Source of the DNA: Eledone cirrhosa
Taxonomy: Eukaryota
Assembly: GCA_964016885.1 (NCBI GenBank)
Contig: OZ024759.1
Coordinates: 9,114,001 to 9,178,000, forward strand
DNA length: 64,000 bases
Direction: 5' to 3'
Shown here in pieces: positions 1-11,600 of this stretch; position 1 is the first letter of the stretch; each line of letters begins with the position of its first letter. A program made the translations under genes and the position numbers. The notes under the pieces were generated by a model that was given only the letters and a program-made list of their open reading frames with translations, was not told where the DNA came from and did not search any database.

Positions 1-2175
1 CAATAACAATAATGAAATATTGTGCACAGTGCCCAGGTGCACCACAACCCATCAAAAAAGTGCATGTACAGTACATAGGGCAATGCACAAACATCAGTAA
101 AATGAACAGTGCACGAGTCATGATACACACGTGTGCATGTGTATGGAAGGGGCACATCAGGTGTAGTTTTGGCGTATTTCGGGAAGCATGAGTGTCTTAA
201 AGGATGCAGTGTCTCGGCAGCTAACAATTGACGCAGGCAGTTTGTTCCATGCTTCAGCAACTCTGAGCGTGAAAAAATGTCTGCGAAAGTCATGGGAGCT
301 GTGCTGTTTTCTTATCTTGTAGGCATGTCCACGTGTGTTAGACACATGGAGATCAAAGAGGCGCTCAGGGTTGCAGTTGGCGAGATGGTTAAAAACTTTG
401 TGGGTATTCACCAAGTCCATTGCCAGACGTCGGAGCTTCAATGAATCCATGCCCAGGGAAGCAAGGCGTTCAGAGTATGGTAGGTGTCTGATGGAGGGTA
501 TGCGCTTGGTTGCACGTCTCTGAACAGTTTCCAGGAGGTCAATGTTCCGAGCAAGATAGGGGTTCCAGACTGATGATGCGAATTCCAAGTGTGGTCGCAC
601 CATAGCTGTATACAGTTTTAAATAGATGGCTGGAGAGCGGCTAACAAAGGTCTTGCTGAGTGATTCCAAGACACCCTCGGCCTTCTTGACAATCTTAGAG
701 ACATGCTTTGTCCAACGCAAATCGTTGCTGACAGTAATGCCCAGGTCACGTTCACAAGAGGACTTTTTGATGTCAGTGTTGTGGAGGGAGTATGTGGACG
801 CTGGATTTTTCCTTCCAAAATGCATGGTGGTACACTTGTCCACAGCCAGCTTCAGTTGCCAGTCTGTGATCCATTGCTGCATTGTGTCCAGGTCTGATTG
901 TAGGAAAGAGTTGTAAATTTCAGGATCAGTCCTTTTGATTTCAAGGTACAGCTTGATGTGATCTGCATATTTTAGTACCGTGGCATTCTGTAAGTTGGCA
1001 TCTATGTCATTAATATATGCCACAAACAAAAGAGGACCAAGAACAGATCCCTGTGGTACACCAGATGACATCTCATATGGTGAAGAATGCTGTCCTAGAA
1101 CCGTGACTACTTCCTTTCGGCTGAGAATGAAGGATTTCAGCCAGTCGAAAAGATCATCCCTCACACCCATTGCAGAGAGTTTTGCCATAAGTCTTTTGTG
1201 TGGCACAGAATTAAAAGCCTTAGCAAAGTCAAGGTAAACAACATCCACCCATGAGCCGCTGTCAGTGATCCGGGTGATGTCCTCAAGGAACTTGATAAGC
1301 TGATCACAGCAGCTGGAGTTAGGGATAAATCCAAACTGTGAGGGCCGGATGAGGCTGTGAGAGCTCCAAAAGTTCCAAAGTGTTTCTCTGACACAGGATT
1401 CCATCAGTTTGGCCATACAGCTAGTAAGACTGACTGGACGATAGTTGACAGGTGACATGCGGTTGCCCTTTTTGAACAGGGGAATGACACTGGCAGTTTT
1501 CCACTGCTCCGGAGTAGCACCATTGCTGAGACAGTATTGAAAGAAAAAAAAAAGCTGGCACAAAAGGAAATCCCCGCCACGTTTGAGAAGCAGATATGTC
1601 ACACCATCAAGACCAGGGGAGGCATAGTTGCGCTTATTCTTAAGGTGACGTCGCAACATTGCAGGTGTAAATTCCATAGTTGTTATGGAATTTGATGTTA
1701 GAGATGGTGGAGATGGTACATTCTGGTTTTCAACAGTAAAAATACTTGCATAGCACTCAGCAATGAGTTCTGCGCATTCCTTGGGATCGTCAGTGATCTG
1801 GCTTGTGTGGGGATTGCGAAGAGGACCAACTGGAGAGTGAGGTCTCTGCTTTGAATGAACATATTTCCAGAACACCTTACTGTCAGGATTGGTTGCGATG
1901 CACTGTTCAAATTCAAGCACTGCCTTCTTTGTCACTTGCTTGAGATGGTTAGAAGATTTATTCCGCTTTTTTCTGTTGGCATCTGATCTATGCAGTTTAT
2001 ATTTCCGTTCAGCGTTCCGACGTTCTTTCCTGGCAAGTCGGACCGCTGAAGTTTCCCAGATTGCACTTTTGGGGTGGTTATTTTTCCGCTTCCGTGGCAC
2101 TGATGCTGCACATGCTATCCATATTGAGTCCAGGATGCTCTGGAGTATAGAGTTCACATCTCCAGAGTTATACAT
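1..2175 (-). mobile_element. 5'-truncated CR1-clade LINE (ORF2 RT region, 3'UTR, ATT-type tail)
   Basis: ORF 157-2175 has RT motifs NYRPVSLTS, QFGF, VYLDFAKAFNSVPH, SGVPQGSVLGP, KYADHIKL and the CR1-like C-terminus NTRGHAYKI..FFTLRVAEAWNKLP. No endonuclease domain; catalytic YADD reads YADH. Confidence 0.92.
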
Positions 2176-2185
2176 CTCATGCCAG

Positions 2186-2918
2186 TTTCATCATCATCAT
2201 CAGCGTTTAACGTCCGTGTTCCACGCTTGCATGGGTTTGGACGGGGGTTTTCCCACTTGAGGCGAGAGTGGTTGTCTTGCTCGCATAGGACTGTCTGGCG
2301 GGTTTTCTACAGCTGGATGCCCTTCCTAACACCAACCACATTTACAGTGTGGGGCTGGGAGGTTTTTACCGTGTTACCTACACGGCCACATTACAGCGTG
2401 GACTGTCTGGCAGGTTTTCTACAGCTGGATGCCCTTCCTAACACCAACCACGTTTACAGTGTGGGGCTGGGAGGTTTTTACCGTGTTGCCTACACGGCCA
2501 CATTACAGCATGGACTGTGTGTTTTTTTGTCGTGACACCTACACGATCTCATTCGTTTCGGCCTGGATGGTGTGGCACCAGCATAACTTTACATAGAAGG
2601 GGGGCGGTGTGGATGGGGTGGGGTGGTGGGACGGGGGTGTATTTTGTTAGAGATGCCTACGGACTGTAGTAGGTTTTACTATGTATTTAGGTAAGGCGGG
2701 TCTTCTGTATTACTGAGTACCGCCAAAGGTCTCGGTCCAGTGACATTGTCTTGGAGAGGTGTAAGTGTGTGAGGTCGGAGTTTATCAGCTCGTCCCAGGT
2801 TTTTCTAGGTCTGCCTATTCCGTGGCTACCGTCTATCTTTATTGCCCTTCACTTTGTTATACAGCTATCGACTTTCATGCGCATCACGTGTCCATACCAA
2901 CGTAGCCTTCTCTCGAGT
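2186..2918 (-). mobile_element. 3' fragment of an RTE-clade LINE (ORF C-terminus, long 3'UTR, (GAT)n tail)
   Basis: Reverse complement matches 60720-61325 (RRLRWFGHVMRM...LWRY) and 17200-17400. (CAT)n tail at 2186-2202. Confidence 0.85.
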
Positions 2919-2951
2919 ACTATATATCTATTAACTCTTTCTCCACCACAG

Positions 2952-3040
2952 ATGTCAATCTACAGCCCTGACTTCAGCATGATTCTCACAGTAAACGCAA
3001 CAGTTGGCATTGTTCGAGTAAACAGGGAAGAACTCATCAG
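2952..3040 (+). CDS. CDH23/PCDH15/Cad87A-like cadherin, internal exon (start of membrane-adjacent domain)
   Basis: ccacag|ATG..ATCAG|gt. Only open frame is MSIYSPDFSMILTVNATVGIVRVNREELIR; ends in phase 2 and joins 5679 in frame. Confidence 0.75.
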
Positions 3041-3118
3041 GTCTCTAATGGTTCCATTTCTTAATAATACTAAGTTGATAAATCCTTCTGTTACCATACT
3101 TCTAATGAAATATACTGA

Positions 3119-4425
3119 CTCTTCTTCTTCTTCTTCTTCTTCATCTCCTCCTTCACCCACTTATACCTGAGAGGGTTGTGGGGGCAGAGACCTCAAACAG
3201 CCCCCCCCCCCTTCCAGCAGGCCCTGTCAAAAGCAACCGTCTTCAATTGATCTGGCTGGATCCCCAAACAAGACCAGCAAAGCTCATGGATGTTATCCAA
3301 CCATCTTGCTCAGGGTCTCCTGCCTGTTTGTTTTGCCTGTAAAATCTGTCCAGAGATTCTTTCCTGAGACATTCTAACCACATGTCCATAGTATCAGAGC
3401 TGTGATCCCTCAATTTGGAGAAGTAGTGGCTCTATCTGAAGTGACTCTCTGATCTCTGAGCTACAAATCTGTCCAGAGATTCTTTCCTGAGACATTCTAA
3501 TCACATGTCCATAGTATCGGAGCTGTGATCTCTCAATTTGGAGAAGTAGTGGCTCTATCTGAAGTAACTCTCTGATCTCTGAGCTACAAATCTGTCCAGA
3601 GATTCTTTCCTGGGACATTCTAACCACATGTCCATAGTATCAGAGCTGTGATCTCTCAATTTGGAGAAGTAGTGGCTCTATCTGAAGTGACTCTCTGATC
3701 TCTGAGCTACAAATCTGTCCAGAGATTCTTTCCTGAGTCATTCTAACCACATGTCCATAGTATCGGAGCTGTGATCTCTCAATTTGGAGAAGTAGTGGCT
3801 CTACCTGGAGTGACTCTCTGATCTCTGAGCTACAAATCTGTCCAGAGATTCTTTCCTGAGACATTCTAACCTCATGTCCATAGTATCAGAGCTGTGATCT
3901 CTCAATTTGGAGAAGTAGTGGCTCTATCTGAAGTGACTCTCTGATCTCTGAGCTACACATCTGTCCAGAGATTCTTTCCTGAGACATTCTAACCACATGT
4001 CAATAGTATCAGAGCTGTGATCTCTCAATTTGGAGAAGTAGTGGCTCTACCTGGAGTGACTCTCTGATCTCTGAGCTACAAATCTGTCCAGAGATTCTTT
4101 CCTGAGACATTCTAACCACATGTCCATAGTATCGGAGTTGTGATCTCTCAAATCGGAGAAGTAGTGGCTCTATCTGAAGTGACTCTCTGATCTCTGAGCT
4201 ACACATCTGTCCAGAGATTCTTTCCTGAGACATTCTAACCTCATGTCCATAGTATCGGAGCTGTGATCTCTCAATTCGGAGAAGTAGTGGCTCTACCTGG
4301 AGTGACTCTCTAATCCCCAAGCTACACACTTTATCAAGTAATATTTCTCGCAAGACCCTTCAGAGGAACCCCATTTCAAGCACTTGTATTTGCAATCATA
4401 TTCTTTCAGTCATTATACCATCTAT
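3119..4425 (-). mobile_element. RTE-clade LINE 3' fragment with internal tandem amplification
   Basis: (GAA)n tail at 3119-3142; encodes EPLLLRIERSQLRYYGHVVRMSQERI, an RTE ORF C-terminal motif. Confidence 0.8.
3340..4325. repeat. Tandem array, 123-bp unit, ~8 copies, from RTE coding sequence
   Basis: gagacattctaaccacatgtccatagtatc recurs every 123 bp (41 codons). Confidence 0.92.
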
Positions 4426-5027
4426 GTGCATCAACTAATGAGATATCTAACCTTCTCATTAGTAAGCTGCTGTTTGAACATTACTTAACAAAAATGTCTT
4501 CAATGAACTGACAGTTTTTATTTTAGTATGAGTGCAATTAGTGTGAATGTTGTGTGTTGTGCTTCAGAAGAAGGAAGCCACGGTAGAGGTAGTCAAAGAG
4601 CTGACCTGTGATATTGCCAGCTCGTTTCTGCTGAAACTGACAGAAGAGATGACAAAGGAACTTGTAGTAAGACGCCTCACGCCTCTTGATAGAACAACCC
4701 TAGTTATCTCCCGCTGGTTGAGAACGCGAGAAATAAAACAGACAGCCTCTGGAAAGCAGACTGATCACACGCCAGAAACCAGCCTCTGTACCACACCATT
4801 GTTTGTGCTACATGAAAAATAAACATATATTTCATCTCTAATTTCTGCTGTTGAAATCATTATTATGTCACTCGTGTTTCAATAACATCTATAAACCATA
4901 CTGCTAAAAACTCAACAAGTAGAGAAATGGTGAAAAAGATCCATCCATGCAGGCGTAAACACGACGATGGTGATGATATCAACAAACATAGTGCTATTTT
5001 ATACTTTTGAAGGATAACATAATATAA

Positions 5028-5640
5028 TTGTTTCTACTTTTGGCACAAGGCCAGCAATTACCCCAGTGTATTACTGGTACTTTATTTTATTGACCCCATA
5101 AGGATGAAAGGCGAAGTTAACCTCGACAATAATAAAATAATTGTTTCTACTTTTGACACAAGGCCAGCAATTACCCCAGTGTATTACTGGTACTTTATTT
5201 TATCGACCCCGTAAGGATGAAAAGCAAAGTTAACCTCGACAATAATAAAATAATTTTTCTATCTTTGACACAAGGCCAGCAATTACCCCAGTGTATTACT
5301 GGTACTTTATTTTATTGACCCCGTAAGGATGAAAAGCAAAGTTAACCTCGACAATAATAAAATAATTTTTCTATCTTTGACACAAGGCCAGCAATTACCC
5401 CAGTGTATTACTGCTACTTTATTTTATTGACCCCGTAAGGATGAAAAGCAAAGTTAACCTCGACAATAATAAAATAATTTTTCTATCTTTGACACAAGGC
5501 CAGCAATTACCCCAGTGTATTACTGCTACTTTATTTTATTGACCCCGTAAGGATGAAAAGCAAAGTTAACCTTGGCGGGAATTGAACTGAGAACGTAAAG
5601 GGCCGTAACTCTATGTCGCAATCTACCGATATTGCCAATC
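5028..5640 (-). mobile_element. tRNA-derived SINE (octopus OK/OR-like) with its 3' ~113 bp repeated ~5 times
   Basis: Unit cacaaggccagcaattaccccagtgtattactggtactttattttattgaccccgtaaggatgaaa; same family as the single copies at 32735, 56190, 61545 and 62170. Confidence 0.8.
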
Positions 5641-5678
5641 CAGTGTCTTTAATGTTATATGTGTTTATGTAACTTCAG

Positions 5679-5765
5679 AAACATGAGTGAAGTCCTTGGT
5701 TTACAGATTGTTGTGGACCACATCCAGATACATGTTGATGGGAAACACAACCCAGATGTGAAGAG
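5679..5765 (+). CDS. Cadherin exon (membrane-adjacent domain)
   Basis: ttcag|A..AAGAG|gtgag; 87 nt, phase 2-2; NMSEVLGLQIVVDHIQIHVDGKHNPDVKR, resembling CDH23 LSNITGAIVNTDNVQFHVD (from memory). Confidence 0.88.
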
Positions 5766-5778
5766 GTGAGACCCACAG

Positions 5779-6072
5779 ATGCTACTGCTACTACTACTGC
5801 TACTACTGCTGCTACTGGTAGTATTGCTACTGCTACTACTACTGCTACTGGTAGTATTGCTACTGCTACTACTGCTGCTCTGCTACTACTACTGCTACTG
5901 GTGCTACTACTACGACTTCTAGTATTGCTACTACTGCTACTACTACTTCTACTACTACTACTACTACTACTACGACTGCTACTACTGCTACTGCTGCTGG
6001 TAGTATTGCTACTACTGCTACTGCTACTATTTCTACTACTACTACTACCACTACTACCACAATCACTACTAC

Positions 6073-6105
<33 letters not shown>

Positions 6106-6131
6106 CACTAGTACTACTACTACTACTACTG

Positions 6132-6166
<35 letters not shown>

Positions 6167-6238
6167 ACTACTACTACTACTAGTACTACTACTACTACTA
6201 CTACCACCACTACTACTACTAATACTACTACCACCACC

Positions 6239-6282
<44 letters not shown>

Positions 6283-6400
6283 CACCACCACCACTACTAC
6301 TACTACTACTAGTACTACAACTACTACTACCACCACCACCACTACTACTACTACTACCACTACTACTGCTACTACAATCACTGCTATACAACAACAACTA
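5779..6400. repeat. Compound (CTA)n/(CTG)n/(CCA)n microsatellite
   Basis: Seen directly; fills most of the intron. Confidence 0.95.
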
Positions 6401-6439
6401 AAACAACAATTTTCAAATTTTCTGTTCTTCATATTTCAG

Positions 6440-6508
6440 AAGTGACATTCTATTCCACGCCATCAACAAAGATACTGGTCAATTAATTCCGAGAAAAGAA
6501 CTTGAACA
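6440..6508 (+). CDS. Cadherin exon (membrane-adjacent domain)
   Basis: tttcag|A..GAACA|gtaagt; 69 nt, phase 2-2; SDILFHAINKDTGQLIPRKELEQ. Confidence 0.88.
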
Positions 6509-6604
6509 GTAAGTGATTAAGTCTAATTCGGGGACATGATGGAAATGCAGGGGCTTAGCTTTGTTTCTAACCAATCATCTTTTAGTCTTTTAATGTGCAC
6601 TTTG

Positions 6605-6780
6605 CCCACCCAAGCACCCGGTCCACTCTGTACAGTGGTTGTGTAGATGTCACGACAAAAAGCACCCAGTCCACTCTGTAAAGTGGTTGCGTAGATGTCA
6701 CGACAAAAAGCACCCAGTCCACTCTGTAAAGTGGTTGTGTAGATGTCACGACAAAAAGCATCCAGTCCACACTGTAAAGG
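6605..6780. repeat. Short 48-bp tandem (~3.5 copies) related to the RTE 3'UTR unit
   Basis: ccagtccactctgtaaagtggttgtgtagatgtcacgacaaaaagcac repeated. Confidence 0.8.
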
Positions 6781-6814
6781 CTTTATCTCACATAATATCT
6801 CACATAACATTTAC

Positions 6815-7128
6815 ATGTTTTATGAAAGGTGGGTGAAAGTAGGGAGAATGGCCAGAGTGAATGGGTCTTCTCTCTATATCAGCATGTAGGTGAAAGAAGA
6901 GGAAAAAGAGGAGACGAGGGAAGCACCTACTCTTTGTGCTCCTGAAGAGAAGGGTTGCACATTTTTTCCGGGGTGTGTGCGACCCATGTTAATGCCCCCT
7001 CCCTATTGAGGACTTCGTTTGTTGTTGTTATTTCATTTTTATATTTTTGTACTCGTTTATTTATATGTAAACTTCCCCCCTTGTATCTGTCCCTACCTTT
7101 TGTGCCCTGGTGGCAAATAAAGAAATTA
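6815..7128 (+). mobile_element. LINE 3' end (Tx1/L1-like)
   Basis: Residual ..RWVKVGRMARVNG; 3'UTR ending gccctggtggcaaataaagaaatt; shared with 19772-20295. Confidence 0.5.
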
Positions 7129-7612
7129 CTCTATATATACTATTGTATTGTCACAGTAAAGGCTTTACCTCACATAATATCTCATATAACATTTACATTA
7201 CTCTATATATACTATTGTATTGTCACAGTAAAGGCTTTACCTCACATAATATCTCACATAACATTTACATTACTCTCTATATACTATTGTATTTTCACAG
7301 TAAAGGCTTTATCTCACATAATATCTCACATAACATTTACATTACTCTATATATACTATTGTATTTTCACAGTAAAGGCTTTACCTCACATAATATCTCA
7401 CATAACATTTACATTACTCTATATATACTATTGTATTTTCACAGTAAAGGCTTTACCTCACATAATATCTCACATAACATTTACATTACTCTATATATAC
7501 TATTGTATTGTCACAGTAAAGGCTTTACCTCACATAATATCTCACATAACATTTACATTACTCTATATATACTATTGTATTTTCACAGTAAAGGCTTTAC
7601 CTCACATAATAT
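7126..7612. repeat. 72-bp tandem array, ~7 copies
   Basis: ttactctatatatactattgtattgtcacagtaaaggctttacctcacataatatctcacataacatttaca repeated. Confidence 0.93.
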
Positions 7613-7856
7613 CGAATCTATGAGATTTTGGTATTATTTATTTTGAGAACAATAACTTAACATCAGTATGAGTGGCCAGTTACGGCCGGTTTGAACAGAA
7701 AGAGGTAGAGAATTCTAAAGGGTTAATCCTTTCACTATAATTATGTTGTAAATCCCATCTTAATAAGGAAAGTCCAGCTTGGTCACTAAATAAACTCTTT
7801 TTCATTACAAATTTGTTGACTCTCTTTCTCTTCTTGTTTGTGATGATCTATAGCTG

Positions 7857-7891
<35 letters not shown>

Positions 7892-8115
7892 CACTCTCTG
7901 TCTATCAATCACACTCTCTCTCTATCACACTCTCTCTCTCTATCACACTCTTTCTCTCTATCACAATCTCTCTCTATCACACTCTTTCTCTCTATCACAA
8001 TCTCTCTCTCTCTCTCTCTCTATCACACTCTCTTTCTCTATCACACTCTCTTTCTCTATCACACTCTCTCTCTCTATCACACTCTCTCTCTCTCTATCAC
8101 ACTCTCTCTCTATCG

Positions 8116-8146
<31 letters not shown>

Positions 8147-8235
8147 TCTATCACACTCTCTATCACTCTCTCTCTCTCTCTATCACTCTCTCTCTATCAC
8201 TCTCTCTCTCTCTCTCTCTATCACTCTCTATCACT
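7857..8235. repeat. (TC)n/TATCAC compound microsatellite
   Basis: Seen directly. Confidence 0.93.
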
Positions 8236-8322
8236 GCCCCCCCCCCCCCCCTCTATAACTCTGACTCTCACAACCAAGACATTAATATATTTATCCGTTT
8301 GTATTCTATTCCCGTTTCCTAG

Positions 8323-8538
8323 GAGACTGAAGGCCAAGGAAAGGGAGATCTCCAGCTTATTAAAGAGATTGAAACTAAATAAAGACGCTATCAAACACGC
8401 AGACAATGTACCAGTCTCTGTAAAGAAGCCGCACAAATCCAGTGGTGATGGAGGTTTGATTGTTATCATCATCTTAGCCGTTATAGTTTTACTTATTGCT
8501 ATCACTACTATAACTGTGTTTGTTCTTATAACAAGAAG
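8323..8538 (+). CDS. Cadherin exon encoding juxtamembrane linker and transmembrane helix
   Basis: tttcctag|G..AGAAG|gttagt; 216 nt, phase 2-2; ..GDGGLIVIIILAVIVLLIAITTITVFVLITRR (hydrophobic helix, basic stop-transfer residues). Confidence 0.9.
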
Positions 8539-8640
8539 GTTAGTAACATTTCTCTGTCTACAAGATCCCATTTAGGGAGAAGCCTTGATATATTGCTTAA
8601 ACTTTTAATCTGTACTAATAATTTATATATTTGTATGTAT

Positions 8641-11600
8641 GAGATCGAGATCGTGTAGGTGTCACGACAAAAAAAACACACAGTCCACGCTGTAATGTGG
8701 TCATGTAGTTGTCACAACAAAAAACACACAGTCCACGCTGTAATGTGGTCATGTAGTTGTCACAACAAAAAACACACAGTCCATGCTGTAATGTGGCCAT
8801 GTAGGTATCACGACAAAAAAACACACAGTCCACGCTGTAATGTGGCTGTGTAGGTGTCACGACAAAAAACACACAGTCCACGCTGTAATGTGGCCGTGTA
8901 GGTGTCACAACAAAAAACACACAGTCCACGCTGTAATGTGGTCGTGTAGGTGTCACAACAAAAAACACACAGTCCACGCTGTAATGTGGCCATGTAGGTG
9001 TCACGACAAAAAACACACAGTCCACGCTGTAATGTGGCCATGTAGGTGTCACGACAAAAAAAACACACAGTCCACGCTGTAATGTGGCCATCTAGGTGTC
9101 ACAACAAAAAACACACAGTCCACGCTGTAATGTGGCCGTGTAGGTGTCACAACAAAAAACACACAGTCCATGCTGTAATGTGGCCGTGTAGGTGTCACGA
9201 CAAAAAAAACACACAATCCACGCTGTAATGTGGCCATGTAGGTGTCACAACAAAAAACACACAGTCCACGCTGTAATGTGGGCGTGTAGGTGTCACAACA
9301 AAAAACACACAGTCCATGCTGTAATGTGGCCATGTAGGTGTCACAACAAAAAACACACAGTCCATGCTGTAATGTGGGCGTGTAGGTGTCACAACAAAAA
9401 ACACACAGTCCACGCTGTAATGTGGGCGTGTAGGTGTCACAACAAAAAACACACAGTCCATGCTGTAATGTGGCCATGTAGGTGTCACAACAAAAAACAC
9501 ACAGTCCATGCTGTAATGTGGGCGTGTAGGTGTCACAACAAAAAACACACAGTCCACGCTGTAATGTGGCCATGTAGGTGTCACAACAAAAAACACACAG
9601 TCCACGCTGTAATGTGGGCGTGTAGGTGTCACAACAAAAAACACACAGTCCACGCTGTAATGTGGCCATGTAGGTGTCACAACAAAAAACACACAGTCCA
9701 TGCTGTAATGTGGCCGTGTAGGTGTCACGACAAAAAAAACACACAATCCACGCTGTAATGTGGCTGTGTAGGTGTCACGACAAAAAACACACAGTCCACG
9801 CTGTAATGTGGCCATGTAGGTGTCACAACAAAAAACACACAGTCCATGCTGTAATGTGGCCGTGTAGGTATCACGACAAAAAAACACACAGTCCACGCTG
9901 TAATGTGGTCATGTAGGTGTCACGACAAAAAACACACAGTCCACGCTGTAATGTGGCCATGTAGGTGTCACGACAAAAAACACACAGTCCACGCTGTAAT
10001 GTGGCCATGTAGGTGTCACAACAAAAAACACACAGTCCACGCTGTAATGTGGCCATGTAGGTGTCACGACAAAAAACACACAGTCCACGCTGTAATGTGG
10101 CCATGTAGGTGTCACAACAAAAAACACACAGTCCATGCTGTAATGTGGCCGTGTAGGTATCACGACAAAAAAACACACAGTCCACGCTGTAATGTGGTCA
10201 TGTAGGTGTCACGACAAAAAACACACAGTCCACGCTGTAATGTGGCCATGTAGGTGTCACGACAAAAAACACACAGTCCACGCTGTAATGTGGCCATGTA
10301 GGTGTCACAACAAAAAACACACAGTCCACGCTGTAATGTGGCCATGTAGGTGTCACGACAAAAAACACACAGTCCACGCTGTAATGTGGCCATGTAGGTG
10401 TCACAACAAAAAAACACACAGTCCATGCTGTAATGTGGCCATGTAGGTGTCACAACAAAAAACACACAGTCCACGCTGTAATGTGGCCATGTAGTTGTCA
10501 CAACAAAAAAACACACAGTCCATGCTGTAATGTGGCCATGTAGGTGTCACAACAAAAAACACACAGTCCACGCTGTAATGTGGCCATGTAGGTGTCACGA
10601 CAAAAAACACACAGTCCACGCTGTAATGTGGCCGTGTAGTTGTCACAACAAAAAACACACAGTCCACGCTGTAATGTGGCCATGTAGGTGTCACAACAAA
10701 AAACACACAGTCCACGTTGTAATGTGGCCATGTAGGTGTCACAACAAAAAAACACACAGTCCACGCTGTAATGTGGCCGTGTAGGTGTCACAACAAAAAA
10801 CACACAGTCCACGCTGTAATGTGGCCGTGTAGTTGTCACAACAAAAAACACACAGTCCACGCTGTAATGTGGCCATGTAGGTGTCACAACAAAAAACACA
10901 CAATCCACGCTGTAATGTGGCCGTGTAGGTGTCACAACAAAAAACACACAGTCCACGCTGTAATGTGGCCATGTAGGTGTCACAACAAAAAACACACAAT
11001 CCACGCTGTAATGTGGCCGTGTAGGTGTCACAACAAAAAACACACAGTCCACGCTGTAATGTGGCCGTGTAGGTGTCACAACAAAAAACACACAATCCAC
11101 GCTGTAATGTGGCTGTGTAGGTGTCACAACAAAAAACACACAGTCCACGCTGTAATGTGGCCATGTAGGTGTCACAACAAAAAACACACAGTCCACGCTG
11201 TAATGTGGCCATGTAGGTGTCACAACAAAAAACACACAGTCCACGCTGTAATGTGGCCATGTAGGTGTCACAACAAAAAACACACAGTCCACGCTGTAAT
11301 GTGGCCATGTAGGTGTCACAACAAAAAACACACAGTCCACGCTGTAATGTGGCTGTGTAGTTGTCACAACAAAAAACACACAGTCCACGCTGTAATGTGG
11401 CTGTGTAGTTGTCACAACAAAAAACACACAGTCCACGCTGTAATGTGGCCATGTAGGTGTCACAACAAAAAACACACAATCCACGCTGTAATGTGGCTGT
11501 GTAGTTGTCACAACAAAAAACACACAGTCCACGCTGTAATGTGGCCATGTAGTTGTCACAACAAAAAACACACAGTCCACGCTGTAATGTGGCCATGTAG

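Noticed and set aside
157-2175. 672-aa RT ORF as an active or domesticated gene
   Set aside because: 5'-truncated, no endonuclease, catalytic YADD mutated to YADH; related decayed copies nearby.
5675-6432. Poly-Ser/Leu/Val ORFs
   Set aside because: Translations of a trinucleotide microsatellite.
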